DNA from: an uncultured Chitinophagales bacterium
GTDB lineage: Bacteria; Bacteroidota; Bacteroidia; Chitinophagales; S012-47
NCBI GenBank assembly: GCA_964422925.1
Contig: CAYRDC010000006.1
Location: 8,854 to 72,853 of the forward strand
Length of the DNA stretch: 64,000 nt
Reading direction: 5' to 3'
Positions within the stretch are counted from its first letter, which is position 1. Every line of letters starts with the position of its first letter. A program made the position numbers and the translations under genes. Under the pieces are notes generated by a model. It was not told the origin of the DNA and searched no databases. It worked only from the letters and a program-made list of their open reading frames with translations. This document shows, one piece after another, positions 16,860 through 26,766 of the stretch.

Positions 16860-18038
16860 TTATACCAGGCCCCTGCGTTTCAGTTCGGTGGAAACCAATT
16901 GCAGTTCCCGGCTCATCTGGCCGGCCACAGAAGTATTTTCCTTGGCCCGTCTGATCAGGTAAGGCAAGACTTCCTTAACCGGACCGTATGGCAAATATTT
17001 CCCCGCACGGAATCCGGCCCGGGCCAGGTTGTAAGTGATATGGTCGCTCATACCGTAAAGCTGGGCGAAGGTAACATGCGGGTGGTCGCGCGGGATGCCG
17101 CGCTCATGCAGGAGCCGGGCCTGCAAAGCCGAGCTTTTCTCGTTATGGGTGGCCGCGCAAACCGCCACCCGGTCGATGTGATCAATGCAAAATCGTATGG
17201 CCTCATTGAAATCCAGGTCGGTGTCTTCCTTGGTAGCATGAATCGGGTCGGGGTATCCGTTTTTGGCGGCCCGTTCTCTTTCCTTGTCCATGTAAGCGCC
17301 CCGCACAAGCTTGATGCCATAGAAATACCCCGCCTTCTCCGCTTCCTCCACCGACTGGCGCAAAAACTCCAGCCGGTCGGTGCGATACAGCTGCACCGTA
17401 TTGAAAATCAACGGCTTTTCACAGTTGAATTTGACCATCATTTCGTGCACAATGTCGTCAATCGGCTGTTGTATCCAGGTTTCCTCGGCATCGACAAACA
17501 AGGCTGTGTTCTCTTCAAAGGCCTTTTGGCAAATTTTTTCAAACCGGTCGTGAAACCGCTGCCATTCTTCCTGTTCTGCAGGAGTAAGTTCCAGGCCCGC
17601 ATGGATTTTTTCCAGCAATCCGAACCGGGCCAACCCGGTAAGCTTGCAACTGATAAAGGGGATGTAGGTATTGGATTTGGCAAATTCCAGGTTCCGGATC
17701 ATAACTTCCGCAGTATGTTCAAAATCTGACTCCCGGTCTTTGCCTTCCACTCCGTAATCCAGTGCGGTGAAAACCTTATGTTCTGCCATTTTCTGTATAA
17801 CAGGTATGCTTTCCTGCAGGGTTTCCCCTCCGCAAAACTGCCGGAAAATAAAGCGTTTGATAAGCCCTTCAACCGGCAGCCCGGCTTTCAGGGCCAGTTT
17901 GGTGAAAAATGCACCGATACTCTGCAGGGCAGGACGGTTGATCATCCGGTACATACGCTGGGCATGCAGCAAATCTTCATCTGACAGGTGGGAAAAAGCA
18001 ATCTCGGTATTGTCGAAAGACAGTTCAAACGGCTCCAT
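16860..18038 (-). CDS. proline dehydrogenase (monofunctional PutA-like)
   Basis: PRODH TIM-barrel sequence (VKLVRGAYMDKERERA, ATHNEKS, FAQLYGMSDHITYNLA). I prefer the ATG at 18038 because the track TTG at 18062 overlaps the -7 box. Confidence 0.85.
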   Translation of the reverse strand: MEPFELSFDNTEIAFSHLSDEDLLHAQRMYRMINRPALQSIGAFFTKLALKAGLPVEGLIKRFIFRQFCGGETLQESIPVIQKMAEHKVFTALDYGVEGKDRESDFEHTAEVMIRNLEFAKSNTYIPFISCKLTGLARFGLLEKIHAGLELTPAEQEEWQRFHDRFEKICQKAFEENTALFVDAEETWIQQPIDDIVHEMMVKFNCEKPLIFNTVQLYRTDRLEFLRQSVEEAEKAGYFYGIKLVRGAYMDKERERAAKNGYPDPIHATKEDTDLDFNEAIRFCIDHIDRVAVCAATHNEKSSALQARLLHERGIPRDHPHVTFAQLYGMSDHITYNLARAGFRAGKYLPYGPVKEVLPYLIRRAKENTSVAGQMSRELQLVSTELKRRGLV

Positions 18039-18059
18039 AGTGCTCCATACTGTTGGAAG

Positions 18060-18067
18060 CAAAGATA
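18060..18067 (-). promoter_or_regulatory. Bacteroidota -7 box match (TATCTTTG) upstream of proline dehydrogenase
   Basis: The minus strand reads aaTATCTTTGcttccaacagtatggagcactATG. The motif ends 21 nt before the ATG at 18038. Confidence 0.4.
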
Positions 18068-18158
18068 TTAAAGCAGCGTATGAAAAAGGAGGAGAAAAAA
18101 TATTTTTTCCGGCAGGAATTGTGGAAATTTATGATTCATTTACCAAAAATTTCAAACT

Positions 18159-19499
18159 ATGCTGGAATATCTCATTTTCCTTGCGGTGGGCCTGGCGGCC
18201 GGTTTCGCAGCCGGTTGGTTTGCCGCCCGGCAGAGCCGTAAAACGGCCCCGGCAGACCAATCCATGGCCCTCGACCTGCTGACTGCTGAAAAAGAAAATC
18301 TTGAAAAAAAACTGGAAGAAGCGAGGGTGCAAATCAACAGCCTTACCGCGGAATTGTCGGCTGCCCGCGAAAACAACCGCAACCTCAACGAGCGGCTCGA
18401 TCAGCAGCTGAAACAATATGAAGAACTGCAGAAACAACTGACCGCCCAGTTTGAAAACATTGCTTCGAAAATCCTCGACAGCAACACCCGGAAACTCACC
18501 GAACAAAACCGCGAAAAAGTGGAAGAACTGCTCAAACCGGTACAGGATAAGTTGCATGAATTCAACAAAACCGTCCAGGAAACCTATACCCAAAACACCC
18601 GGGAACGCTCTGCCCTGATGCAGCAGGTAAAATCCCTGATGGAAATGAGCCGGAAAATATCAGAAGATGCCGGCAACCTCGCCAAAGCGCTGAAAGGGGA
18701 AAGCAAAACGCAGGGAAACTTCGGGGAAATGCAGCTGGAACTGTTGCTGGAGCGCTCGGGGCTGCAGGAAGGCATCGAATATTCCAAACAGGAAAGCCTG
18801 ACTACCACAGACGGCCGCAGGTTGCAGCCAGACTTTATCGTCCACCTGCCGGATAAGAAAGACATAGTCATTGATGCCAAGGTTTCACTGACGGCTTATG
18901 AACGATTTGTCAATGAAGAAAACCCGGAAAAGAAGAAAGAGTATTTAAAAGAGCATATACGTTCGGTCAGGAACCACATCAAGGAGCTAAGTGAAAAAAA
19001 CTATCAGAACCTCTATCAACTGCAGAGCCTCGATTTCGTACTGCTTTACCTGCCGGTGGAAGGGGCTTTCGCGCTGGCAGTGACCAATGACAATGACCTG
19101 TTCAGTTTCGCCTATGACAGGAACATTGTGCTGGTATCGAGTTCCACCCTGCTGGCCACCCTGAAAACAATAGCTTCCATCTGGCGCACCGAAAAGCAGA
19201 ACCGCAATGCCGTGGAAATTGCCCGGAAGGCAGGCGCCCTGTACGACAAATTTGCCAATTTCGTCAAGGACATGTTGAGACTGGGCGCACAAATGGAAAC
19301 CGCCCGGAGCACGTATGACAGCGCGATGAAAAAGCTGAAAACCGGGACCGGGAACCTGGTAAGAAGAGCCGAAGAGCTTAAAAAGCTGGGGGCCAAAACC
19401 ACCAGGCAATTGCCGGAAAACTTTGAAGCGGAGGATGAAGCGGAAAACGGGCAAGAGGATGTGCCTGCCAAACCGGAGCTGCCTTTTCAGAAAGACTGA
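18159..19499 (+). CDS. rmuC: DNA recombination protein RmuC
   Basis: N-terminal TM helix, a long coiled coil, then the RmuC nuclease-like core (GNFGEMQLELLLERSGL, PDFIVHLPDKKDIVIDAKVSL). Confidence 0.9.
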   Translation: MLEYLIFLAVGLAAGFAAGWFAARQSRKTAPADQSMALDLLTAEKENLEKKLEEARVQINSLTAELSAARENNRNLNERLDQQLKQYEELQKQLTAQFENIASKILDSNTRKLTEQNREKVEELLKPVQDKLHEFNKTVQETYTQNTRERSALMQQVKSLMEMSRKISEDAGNLAKALKGESKTQGNFGEMQLELLLERSGLQEGIEYSKQESLTTTDGRRLQPDFIVHLPDKKDIVIDAKVSLTAYERFVNEENPEKKKEYLKEHIRSVRNHIKELSEKNYQNLYQLQSLDFVLLYLPVEGAFALAVTNDNDLFSFAYDRNIVLVSSSTLLATLKTIASIWRTEKQNRNAVEIARKAGALYDKFANFVKDMLRLGAQMETARSTYDSAMKKLKTGTGNLVRRAEELKKLGAKTTRQLPENFEAEDEAENGQEDVPAKPELPFQKD

Positions 19500-20215
19500 C
19501 CGGTCCAGATCAGCCAGCTCAATTCCGCCTGCGCGTACAGCATTTCCAGCCCGTTTTTGACAGTGGCCCCGCGGGCCAGCCCCCTGGCCAGGAAGACCGT
19601 GCGCTCCGGGTTATAAACCAGGTCGTACAAAAAGTGGTTATCCCCGATGGCTTCATAGGGCAGGTCCGGGAAAGTGTTCACGTCCGGGTACATACCCAGT
19701 GGCGTGGCATTAATGATCAGCATATGCTGCCGGATGATTTCCGGGGTTAAATCCCCGTAAGTCAGGTTTTCAGGCTCCGGGTTCCGGGAAACAAAGCGGA
19801 AGGGGATGCCCCTTTCCCGCAGAACCCAGGTAACGGCCCTGGCGGCCCCGCCAGTGCCGAGCACCAGGGCCGGGCCTTCCACGCTCTCCGGCAGGGTATT
19901 GTCAAAGGCCGGGGCATCGGTGTTGAACCCCGTGGTGTGGCTGTCCCGGATCAGAATGCAGTTCACAGCCCCGATTTCTGCGGCCCGCGGGTCCATGTGG
20001 TCGAGGAGCGGCCTAACGCTTTGCTTGTGCGGAATGGTCACATTCAGCCCGGCCAGGTCTGGATGTGCCTTGAGCAGCGCAGGCAATTCCTCAATACTTT
20101 TCATCGGGAACAGGTCATAGACCAGCCCATGAATTCCTTCCCGGTAAGCCTTTTCGGTAAACCAGGCCTGCGACCAGCTGTGCCCAAGCGGATAACCTAT
20201 CAGTCCAAGGTGCAT
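19487..20215 (-). CDS. aroE: shikimate dehydrogenase
   Basis: MHLGLIGYPLGHSWSQAWF ... NVTIPHKQ ... GTGGAARAV ... NATPLGM. The start is set at CAT 20213-20215, because the longer track ORF runs into tRNA-Ser. Confidence 0.85.
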   Translation of the reverse strand: MHLGLIGYPLGHSWSQAWFTEKAYREGIHGLVYDLFPMKSIEELPALLKAHPDLAGLNVTIPHKQSVRPLLDHMDPRAAEIGAVNCILIRDSHTTGFNTDAPAFDNTLPESVEGPALVLGTGGAARAVTWVLRERGIPFRFVSRNPEPENLTYGDLTPEIIRQHMLIINATPLGMYPDVNTFPDLPYEAIGDNHFLYDLVYNPERTVFLARGLARGATVKNGLEMLYAQAELSWLIWTGQSF

Positions 20216-20289
20216 AATGCAAAGTAAACGAAAAGGGATTTGAACAGCCGTAGCCTGCCGGCAGTACAGCACTAATTTACATCGGGGTG

Positions 20290-20339
20290 ATAAAAAAGAA
20301 ATGCCTGCCTTCGTCCCGCGAGGCGGGACTTCGGCAGGC
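20290..20339 (-). terminator. rho-independent terminator after tRNA-Ser
   Basis: On the minus strand: GCCTGCCGAAGTCCCGCCTCGCGGGACGAAGGCAGGC, a long hairpin (20303-20339), followed by ATTTCTTTTTTA. Confidence 0.6.
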
Positions 20340-20344
20340 GAAGG

Positions 20345-20432
20345 CGGAGAGAGAGGGATTCGAACCCTCGGTCCCGCGTAGCAGGACAACGGTTTTCGAG
20401 ACCGCCCCGTTCGACCGCTCCGGCATCTCTCC
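20345..20432 (-). tRNA. tRNA-Ser (anticodon CGA)
   Basis: Hand-folded: acceptor GGAGAGA/TCTCTCC, D arm GCCGGAGCGGTCGAACGG, anticodon stem-loop GCGGT-CTCGAAA-ACCGT, a long variable arm, and T arm CGAGGGTTCGAATCCCTC. No encoded CCA. Confidence 0.9.
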
Positions 20433-20444
20433 GGGTCAGCAAAT

Positions 20445-21380
20445 TTACAACGAATCCTTTGAACCGGCAGGTCCGCGTTTGCCCAGGCGTTCCAGCGCTA
20501 CGAGCAGTAACATGCCTGCCAGCACGAATCCAAAAGCCCAAAAGGTTTCGGAGGTGGCACCGGGCCAGTGGTAACTGTACCCGCTGATTATTTTTTCCCC
20601 TTTCCGAAGCACCGGTTCACCCTCCGGGCCCAGCAGGAAACGGGCTTCCTTCCAGGGCCAAAGCAAAGCCAGCGATCCGGCTACAAAGCCCGTCAACAGG
20701 GCCGTGGTCAGGTCGTGATAATGACGGAAAATCCAGCCCAGGAACCGTGCGAACGCCAGCAAGCCCACCACCACTCCGGCCAACACAGGCACTAACAGCG
20801 CCCATTTCAGGTTTGCCACTGCCTCGAGCAGCAAGACGTAATTGCCCATGATAATCAGCATAAAGGAACCTGAAAGGCCGGGCAGTATCATACTGCAAAT
20901 GGCCACCACCCCGCAAAGGAACAGGTAGGCCATCCCACTGTTCTCGGAGGCGGGGCTGAACAAAACCAGGCTGGCTGCCAGTGCCATTCCCACGATCAGC
21001 GCAAACACCGCTCCCGGGCTCCAGTACCTGATCTGGCGGCCTACATAAAACACCGAAGCGAGGATCAGCCCCAGGAAAAAGGACCAAAGCCAGACCGGGT
21101 AATGTTCAAACACCCAGGCCAGGGATTTGGCCAGGGTGAATACGCTGGCCAGGATACCCGCGGCCAGCAACAACAGAAATTGAAAATCGATATGGCGGGC
21201 CAGCTGACGGAGTTGACCCCGGAACAACAGTCGAAGCGCTTCCAGGTCAAAAGCGCGCAGGGCATTGATTAGCCGCTCGTAAATACCCGTAATGAAGGCA
21301 ATGGTTCCACCAGATACCCCGGGAATCACATTGGCCGCTCCCATGGCAAATCCTTTCAAAAACCAGTTGAGCACCTTCAT
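20445..21380 (-). CDS. DUF368 family membrane protein (PopT-like polyprenyl-phosphate transporter family)
   Basis: The N-terminus GFAMGAANVIPGVSGGTIAFITGIYERL and the internal repeat LPGLSGSFMLIIMG are the duplicated DUF368 signature. Confidence 0.85.
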   Translation of the reverse strand: MKVLNWFLKGFAMGAANVIPGVSGGTIAFITGIYERLINALRAFDLEALRLLFRGQLRQLARHIDFQFLLLLAAGILASVFTLAKSLAWVFEHYPVWLWSFFLGLILASVFYVGRQIRYWSPGAVFALIVGMALAASLVLFSPASENSGMAYLFLCGVVAICSMILPGLSGSFMLIIMGNYVLLLEAVANLKWALLVPVLAGVVVGLLAFARFLGWIFRHYHDLTTALLTGFVAGSLALLWPWKEARFLLGPEGEPVLRKGEKIISGYSYHWPGATSETFWAFGFVLAGMLLLVALERLGKRGPAGSKDSL

Positions 21381-21398
21381 AAAAAGACATTTGGTACG

Positions 21399-22172
21399 CT
21401 ACGCCCGGGTCCGGTTATCCAGGAATTCAAAAAAGGTATCGCCCCGCAGCCCGATACGAAGGGTTTCCAGCGGGAGTACTTCATTGGGCGCTATATTGCC
21501 CAAGTTTACATTCGGCCCCAGCAGTTTGATAAACCAAACCTGCTGCGCTTTCTTGGGCGCTTCCCAAATGATCATGTCTTCCGGGATCTGCGTCAGTATT
21601 TCATCCACCAGCCCCTGGCGCACTTCCCCGGTTCCGCGGTATATACCGACATTACCGCTTTCCCGGGCTTCGGCAATTACCTTAAACACCCCGGCTTCGA
21701 TCTCGGCTTTCATCAGTTCTATCCACTGGTAAGGCGCGAAAATCTTTTCCGCATCCTTGGAGCCGACTTCCGAAATCACCGTCACGTGCTCTGCCAGCCT
21801 ACGGATATACTCGCATTTCTGGCCATGCTCAATTTCCAAACTCCCGTCCGATACCTCGGCATATTGCATCTTGAATTTGTCCAATATTCGCAGGTAATCC
21901 TCGAACTGGTCGCGGGCAACAAATGCTTCGAACAAAGTGCCTCCGAAAAAAACCGGCATGTCGGCTTCATGATAAACTTTCAGTTTTTCTTCCAGCCGGG
22001 GAGTAACGTAGGAAGTGCCGAAACCAAGCTTAACCACGTCAGTGTAGGGTTCGGCAATGCTTAAAAAATCTTCCACCTGACGAATGCTCAACCCCTTGTC
22101 CATTACCATGGTCAGGCCTTTTTGGCGGGGTTTTGCCGTCCTTTCCGGAATTTGGGTTAATGTGTAGTTCAT
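21399..22172 (-). CDS. phosphosulfolactate synthase (ComA family)
   Basis: ERTAKPRQKGLTMVMDKGLSIRQVEDFLSIAEPYTDVVKLGFGTSYV ... YAEVSDGSLEI matches the ComA TIM-barrel family. Confidence 0.85.
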   Translation of the reverse strand: MNYTLTQIPERTAKPRQKGLTMVMDKGLSIRQVEDFLSIAEPYTDVVKLGFGTSYVTPRLEEKLKVYHEADMPVFFGGTLFEAFVARDQFEDYLRILDKFKMQYAEVSDGSLEIEHGQKCEYIRRLAEHVTVISEVGSKDAEKIFAPYQWIELMKAEIEAGVFKVIAEARESGNVGIYRGTGEVRQGLVDEILTQIPEDMIIWEAPKKAQQVWFIKLLGPNVNLGNIAPNEVLPLETLRIGLRGDTFFEFLDNRTRA

Positions 22173-23590
22173 AAATCAGGATTGTATTGTTCGATAAGGC
22201 GATCAATTTCCTGGCTGCCTTCCAGTCCGGGCAGGGCTCTGAACAGGCGCTGCCGGTTGGCATAGTCGGATTGCAGGGCCTTGGAAAGCCAATGCTGGCC
22301 GTCCCGGGTATGTCCGCTGCCCAGCAGATAGGCCGCGTAAGTGTACAATAAATCACTCTGGTAGCCACAATGTTTCAGCCCGTTTCGCAAGGTTTCCAGG
22401 GCCTGTTCCTGCTGCCCTTTTTGGTAATACACTTCAGCCAGTTCGACCCAGGTTTCCGCTACGGTGGGTTTCAGGCGCAGGGCTTCTTCATACTGGTGGA
22501 TAGCGCTCAACTGGTCGCCCGATTCCAGCAAGGCGCTGGCATAAGCTACCAGGTAATCAAAATTTTGGTCGTTCAGGCGCAAGGCTTTCCGGAAGGTATG
22601 CAGTGCGCGGTCCAGTTTCCCGGATTTCCGGTAGTTCAATCCCAGTTTGTAATAGGCTTCATGAAAATAGGGATCCAGCAAAATCGCTTTCCGGTAATAC
22701 TGCCTGGCCCGCCCCGGTTTATCCAGCTTTTCATAACAAAGGGCTATGGTAAAATACCATTCCTCATACGGCTCAAATAGGTCCAGCGCCTGCTCCAGCA
22801 CTTTTATGGCTTCCTCGCAGGAACCCAGGCGGTAGAGCGCCTCGGCCCGGTCGCGGTAAGCCATTTCAAACTCTTCATTGATCAGGATCACATACTCAAA
22901 CGCCTCGGCTGCCTCTTCGTACTGTTCCAGGCCGAAATAGGCATGCCCCAGGTTGTACCATGCCAGGAAATTGTACGGGTCCTTGTCAATGAGTTCCTTG
23001 TGCAGTTCCACACTTTCTTCATAGTGTTCACCCAAGTCCACCAGGAACCAGATTTTATACAGCACTTCCTCGTTGGAAGGATCCAGGTTTAGGGCCTGGC
23101 GCAGGCAAAACAAAGCTTTGTCAAACTGTTCCCAGGCATCGTACACCTCAGACATGGCATTGTAGAGCATCACCCGTTCTTCCTTATTAGCAAATTCCAT
23201 CCCTTTCAGCAGAGTAGCCACGGCCATGCGGTATTTTTCCAGCAGCGTGAGCACCTCGCCCCGCAACAGGTAAATTTCCACTTCCCCCGGGTCCAGGATT
23301 TCCGCCATCTCCAGCGTGTCCAGGGCCTGGGTATATTGTTTCAGGTCTGTCAGGTACTGGGCTTTCCGCACCAGGAACCAGGCATTGAACTGATAACGGG
23401 AAATGGCAAGTTCAGTAGCTTCCAGGGCTTTGGCGAGCTCATTGCGCCCTTCAAAGTAATCCAGGATGTCTTCAAATTCCTCTTCGTCAAAGAATTCGGC
23501 AGATTGGTGCCGTAACATCCGTTCGTAGCGTTCAACCAGTTGCCGTAAGTATTCGTCTTTCAGATTATCGTCAAAATCACGTTCAGCCAT
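22169..23590 (-). CDS. tetratricopeptide-repeat protein
   Basis: About a dozen 34-aa TPR-like units (W-x2-LG-x2-Y ... A-x3-F/Y ... P pattern). It overlaps the ComA gene start by 4 nt. Confidence 0.8.
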   Translation of the reverse strand: MAERDFDDNLKDEYLRQLVERYERMLRHQSAEFFDEEEFEDILDYFEGRNELAKALEATELAISRYQFNAWFLVRKAQYLTDLKQYTQALDTLEMAEILDPGEVEIYLLRGEVLTLLEKYRMAVATLLKGMEFANKEERVMLYNAMSEVYDAWEQFDKALFCLRQALNLDPSNEEVLYKIWFLVDLGEHYEESVELHKELIDKDPYNFLAWYNLGHAYFGLEQYEEAAEAFEYVILINEEFEMAYRDRAEALYRLGSCEEAIKVLEQALDLFEPYEEWYFTIALCYEKLDKPGRARQYYRKAILLDPYFHEAYYKLGLNYRKSGKLDRALHTFRKALRLNDQNFDYLVAYASALLESGDQLSAIHQYEEALRLKPTVAETWVELAEVYYQKGQQEQALETLRNGLKHCGYQSDLLYTYAAYLLGSGHTRDGQHWLSKALQSDYANRQRLFRALPGLEGSQEIDRLIEQYNPDL

Positions 23591-23718
23591 TCAGGCAATC
23601 CTCCATATTGCTTGCAAAGTTAGTGAAAGATACGCGATCGGTAAGCTCATTGTAAATATCATTTTGCACAAATCATAAATTAATTCCGGACAATAAATCC
23701 ATACTGGGACGTTTATAG

Positions 23719-26700
23719 ATGAAAAAGGTAATTTCGTCCGGCAGGAACCCTGATACTCCGGCCATGAGAAATTTTATCATCAGCTTATTGATTGCCGGCA
23801 CAGCCTGGCCGGCCTCCGCCCAGGATTACTGGCAGCAACGCGTTGATTACACCATCACCGTTACCCTCAACGACACCCTTCATGAGCTTACCGGGTACGT
23901 AAGCATGAAATATTTCAATCGCTCGCCTTACCCGCTCGATTCGGTGATGATGCATTTATGGCCCAATGCCTACCGCGATCATTCCACGGCTTTCGCCCGC
24001 CAGCAACTCGAAAACGGCAGCACGGATTTTTATTATTCCCGGAAGGAAGACCGCGGCTACATTAACGGCCTGGCCTTTACCGGCAACAACGAACCGCTCC
24101 GCTGGCAGGAATGGCACCACAACCCGGATATAGCCGTAGTTTACCTGAACCATACCCTGGCCCCGGGCGACAGCCTGATTATTGAAACCCCGTTTCATGT
24201 CAAGATTCCCAAGCTGTTCAGCCGCATGGGCCATGAAGGGCAGGCTTACATGATCAGCCAGTGGTACCCGAAACCGGCCGTATTCGACCGGGAAGGCTGG
24301 CATCCCATGCCTTATCTTGACCAGGGCGAATTTTACAGCGAATTCGGGAATTACGATGTGTACATCACCCTGCCGGCCAATTACGTGGTGGCCGCCTCGG
24401 GCGACCTGCTGACCCTGAAGGAAAAGAAATGGCTTGAAACCCTGGTTACCACCACGCGCAGCTACCTGCTGCTCGATTCCATCCCCAATGCCTCGGACAC
24501 CTTCCCGCCCTCGGCCCCGCAGGCCAAGACCCTGCATTACCGCCTGGAAAACGCCCACGATTTTGCCTGGTTTGCCGACAAGCGCTGGCTGGTGCTGCAC
24601 GACAAAGCCCACCTCCCCTCCGACCGCGAGGTGGATGTCTGGTCCATGTTCCTGCCATCGCATGATGAAACCTGGAAACGTTCGCTGAACCACATCATCA
24701 ACACCCTGCAGCTGTATTCGGGTTGGGTGGGCGAATATGCCTGGAACCAGGCCACCGCGGTGGACGGCAGCCTTGCCGCGGGTGGCGGCATGGAATATCC
24801 CACGGTGACCGTCATTGCCAGGGCCGAATCGAACGAATCGCTGCAGACCGTCATAGCCCACGAAGTGGGGCACAACTGGTTTTACGGCATGCTGGGCTTT
24901 AACGAACGCGACCACCCGTGGATGGACGAAGGCATCAACAGCTTCTACGAGCAGCGCTTCACCAACCTGATGAACCCCTACACCACCAAGACCGGCAAGA
25001 AAACGATTTCCGGCCTTTCGGCTTTCACGGAACTGCTGGGACCCCTGGCCATCCGCCAGCAGGACATTCTCGGCAACAGCCAGCCTGTGGGCAGCCCTTC
25101 AGAAGCTTTCACCAAAGGCAATTATTTCCTGATGGTGTATGCCAAAACCCCGCTGCTGCTGAAGTACCTTGAGGCATACCTCGGCCGGCCGGCTTTCGAT
25201 GAGGCCATGCAGGCTTTTTTCAGGGAATGGAGCGGCCGCCACCCAGGCCCTGATGACATGAAAAACACCTTTGAAGCCGTCACCGGGCAGGACCTCGGAT
25301 GGTTTTTTGACAGGCTCATCCAGCAGGGAGGCCGCCAGGATGTGGCCGTGCGCTCGCTCCGCCAGCCGGCAAAGGCCAAAGCCGCCCTCTTGGAACTGGA
25401 AAACAAAGGCCCGCACGCCCTGGCCGTGCCGGTGCAGGTGATGCAGGGCGATAGCGTGCTGCAAACCGAATGGGTGCCTCCTTTCCGCGGCAGGACTACC
25501 GTGGAACTCACCCTCCCTGCAGGAGCCGACCGCATCTGGGTGGACCGCGACCGCATGATTACGGATGTCCGCAGCAACAACCAGATCATCCGACTAAAGG
25601 GGATGTTTCCCAAATGGGAAAAACCCCAGCTGAAATCCCTCTTTGGCCTCGACCGGGCCGACCGTTCGCAGCTGTATTTCGCCCCGCTGGTGGCCTGGAA
25701 CACCTACGACCGGTTTATGGCCGGGCTGGCATTGTACAACAGCATCTACCCTTCCAAAAACCTGGAATTCGTGCTGGCCCCCATGATAAGCACCCGCTTC
25801 ATTGCCCCGGCCGGGGTGGCGCGGGTAAAATACTACTGGTACCCTGAAAACGGGTTCCTGAAACAATTGGACGCGGGCATCGAAGGCATGCTCTTCCAGT
25901 ACGATAACTACGAACTCACCAACGACTGGTACGGGAAACTGTCGCTGCGGCTCCACGCCCGCCTGCGGCCAGGGGAATACCGCTCACCCAACCGGGATGA
26001 CTTCGAATACCGGTTTATCGCCACCGAGGAACGCGACCTGATTTATATCCAGGACAACCAAATCATTGCCCCGCCCCGGACGAATTACCACGAATTCATC
26101 TACCGGCACGCCCGCAGCACGGTCATTAACCCGTGGGACATGACCGCCAAAATGCTGTTTGGCGACCAGTTCGGGCGCTTGTCGCTCGAAACCAATTACG
26201 GCTTCAGCGTGAACGGCCTTCGGCACCCCATCGAAATGCGCTTATTCGGGGGCTGGATGATGTATAATAACAACTTGTTCGGCCGGCAATTCGGATTTAA
26301 CCTTTCGGGCATGAACGGGGCCCACGATTTCCTGATGGACCATTTCTGGTTCGGACGCTATGCGTATTCTGGTTGGGCTTACCAACAAACCTACATTACG
26401 GAAGGCGGCTTTAAGGTCAGAACCGATAAATTCCCGTTTGGCACTTCGGAACAATGGCTGGCATCCCTGAACCTGAACATTCCGCTCCCGCTGCCGGTAC
26501 CGGTCAGCATTTTTGCCGATGCGGCCACCTATGCCGGGGCCGGGGAAGGCCTGAGCGAAACGGTAATCGCGGAAGCCGGCTTCACCCTGGCTCCCCTGCG
26601 GGGCATCCTGGAAATTTACTTCCCGGTCATTATGAGCCGCGATATACGCCAGGCCTTCGTGGAATCGGGCGACAATTATTTCCAGAGGATCACCTTTATG

Positions 26701-26754
26701 ATCAACTTCAACAAGCTCGATCCGTTCCGGGCCATCCGCGAAATCCATATTTAA
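23719..26754 (+). CDS. M1 family metallopeptidase with long C-terminal extension
   Basis: GGMEYP exopeptidase-type motif and HEVGHNWFYG-x18-WMDEGINSFYE zinc site. A signal-like segment follows the internal Met at 23764 (MRNFIISLLIAGTAWPASAQ), which may be the true start. Confidence 0.85.
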   Translation: MKKVISSGRNPDTPAMRNFIISLLIAGTAWPASAQDYWQQRVDYTITVTLNDTLHELTGYVSMKYFNRSPYPLDSVMMHLWPNAYRDHSTAFARQQLENGSTDFYYSRKEDRGYINGLAFTGNNEPLRWQEWHHNPDIAVVYLNHTLAPGDSLIIETPFHVKIPKLFSRMGHEGQAYMISQWYPKPAVFDREGWHPMPYLDQGEFYSEFGNYDVYITLPANYVVAASGDLLTLKEKKWLETLVTTTRSYLLLDSIPNASDTFPPSAPQAKTLHYRLENAHDFAWFADKRWLVLHDKAHLPSDREVDVWSMFLPSHDETWKRSLNHIINTLQLYSGWVGEYAWNQATAVDGSLAAGGGMEYPTVTVIARAESNESLQTVIAHEVGHNWFYGMLGFNERDHPWMDEGINSFYEQRFTNLMNPYTTKTGKKTISGLSAFTELLGPLAIRQQDILGNSQPVGSPSEAFTKGNYFLMVYAKTPLLLKYLEAYLGRPAFDEAMQAFFREWSGRHPGPDDMKNTFEAVTGQDLGWFFDRLIQQGGRQDVAVRSLRQPAKAKAALLELENKGPHALAVPVQVMQGDSVLQTEWVPPFRGRTTVELTLPAGADRIWVDRDRMITDVRSNNQIIRLKGMFPKWEKPQLKSLFGLDRADRSQLYFAPLVAWNTYDRFMAGLALYNSIYPSKNLEFVLAPMISTRFIAPAGVARVKYYWYPENGFLKQLDAGIEGMLFQYDNYELTNDWYGKLSLRLHARLRPGEYRSPNRDDFEYRFIATEERDLIYIQDNQIIAPPRTNYHEFIYRHARSTVINPWDMTAKMLFGDQFGRLSLETNYGFSVNGLRHPIEMRLFGGWMMYNNNLFGRQFGFNLSGMNGAHDFLMDHFWFGRYAYSGWAYQQTYITEGGFKVRTDKFPFGTSEQWLASLNLNIPLPLPVPVSIFADAATYAGAGEGLSETVIAEAGFTLAPLRGILEIYFPVIMSRDIRQAFVESGDNYFQRITFMINFNKLDPFRAIREIHI

Positions 26755-26766
26755 GCTAGGGAAAAA

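Noticed and set aside
20216-20574. N-terminal extension of the aroE ORF (to 20389) and ORFs 20272-20541 and 20287-20574.
   Set aside because: They read straight through tRNA-Ser and its terminator. AroE homology starts at MHLGLIGYPLGHS (20215).
23956-24915. 319-aa ORF antisense to the M1 peptidase gene. Similar long antisense ORFs: 15259-16071, 16899-17729, 29464-30309, 40579-41430, 42501-43295, 55560-56348, 58799-59581, 62790-63440.
   Set aside because: Each lies opposite a gene with unmistakable family motifs. Their translations are R/G/P/H-rich and motif-free. Stop-poor antisense frames are expected in moderately GC-rich DNA with strong codon bias.
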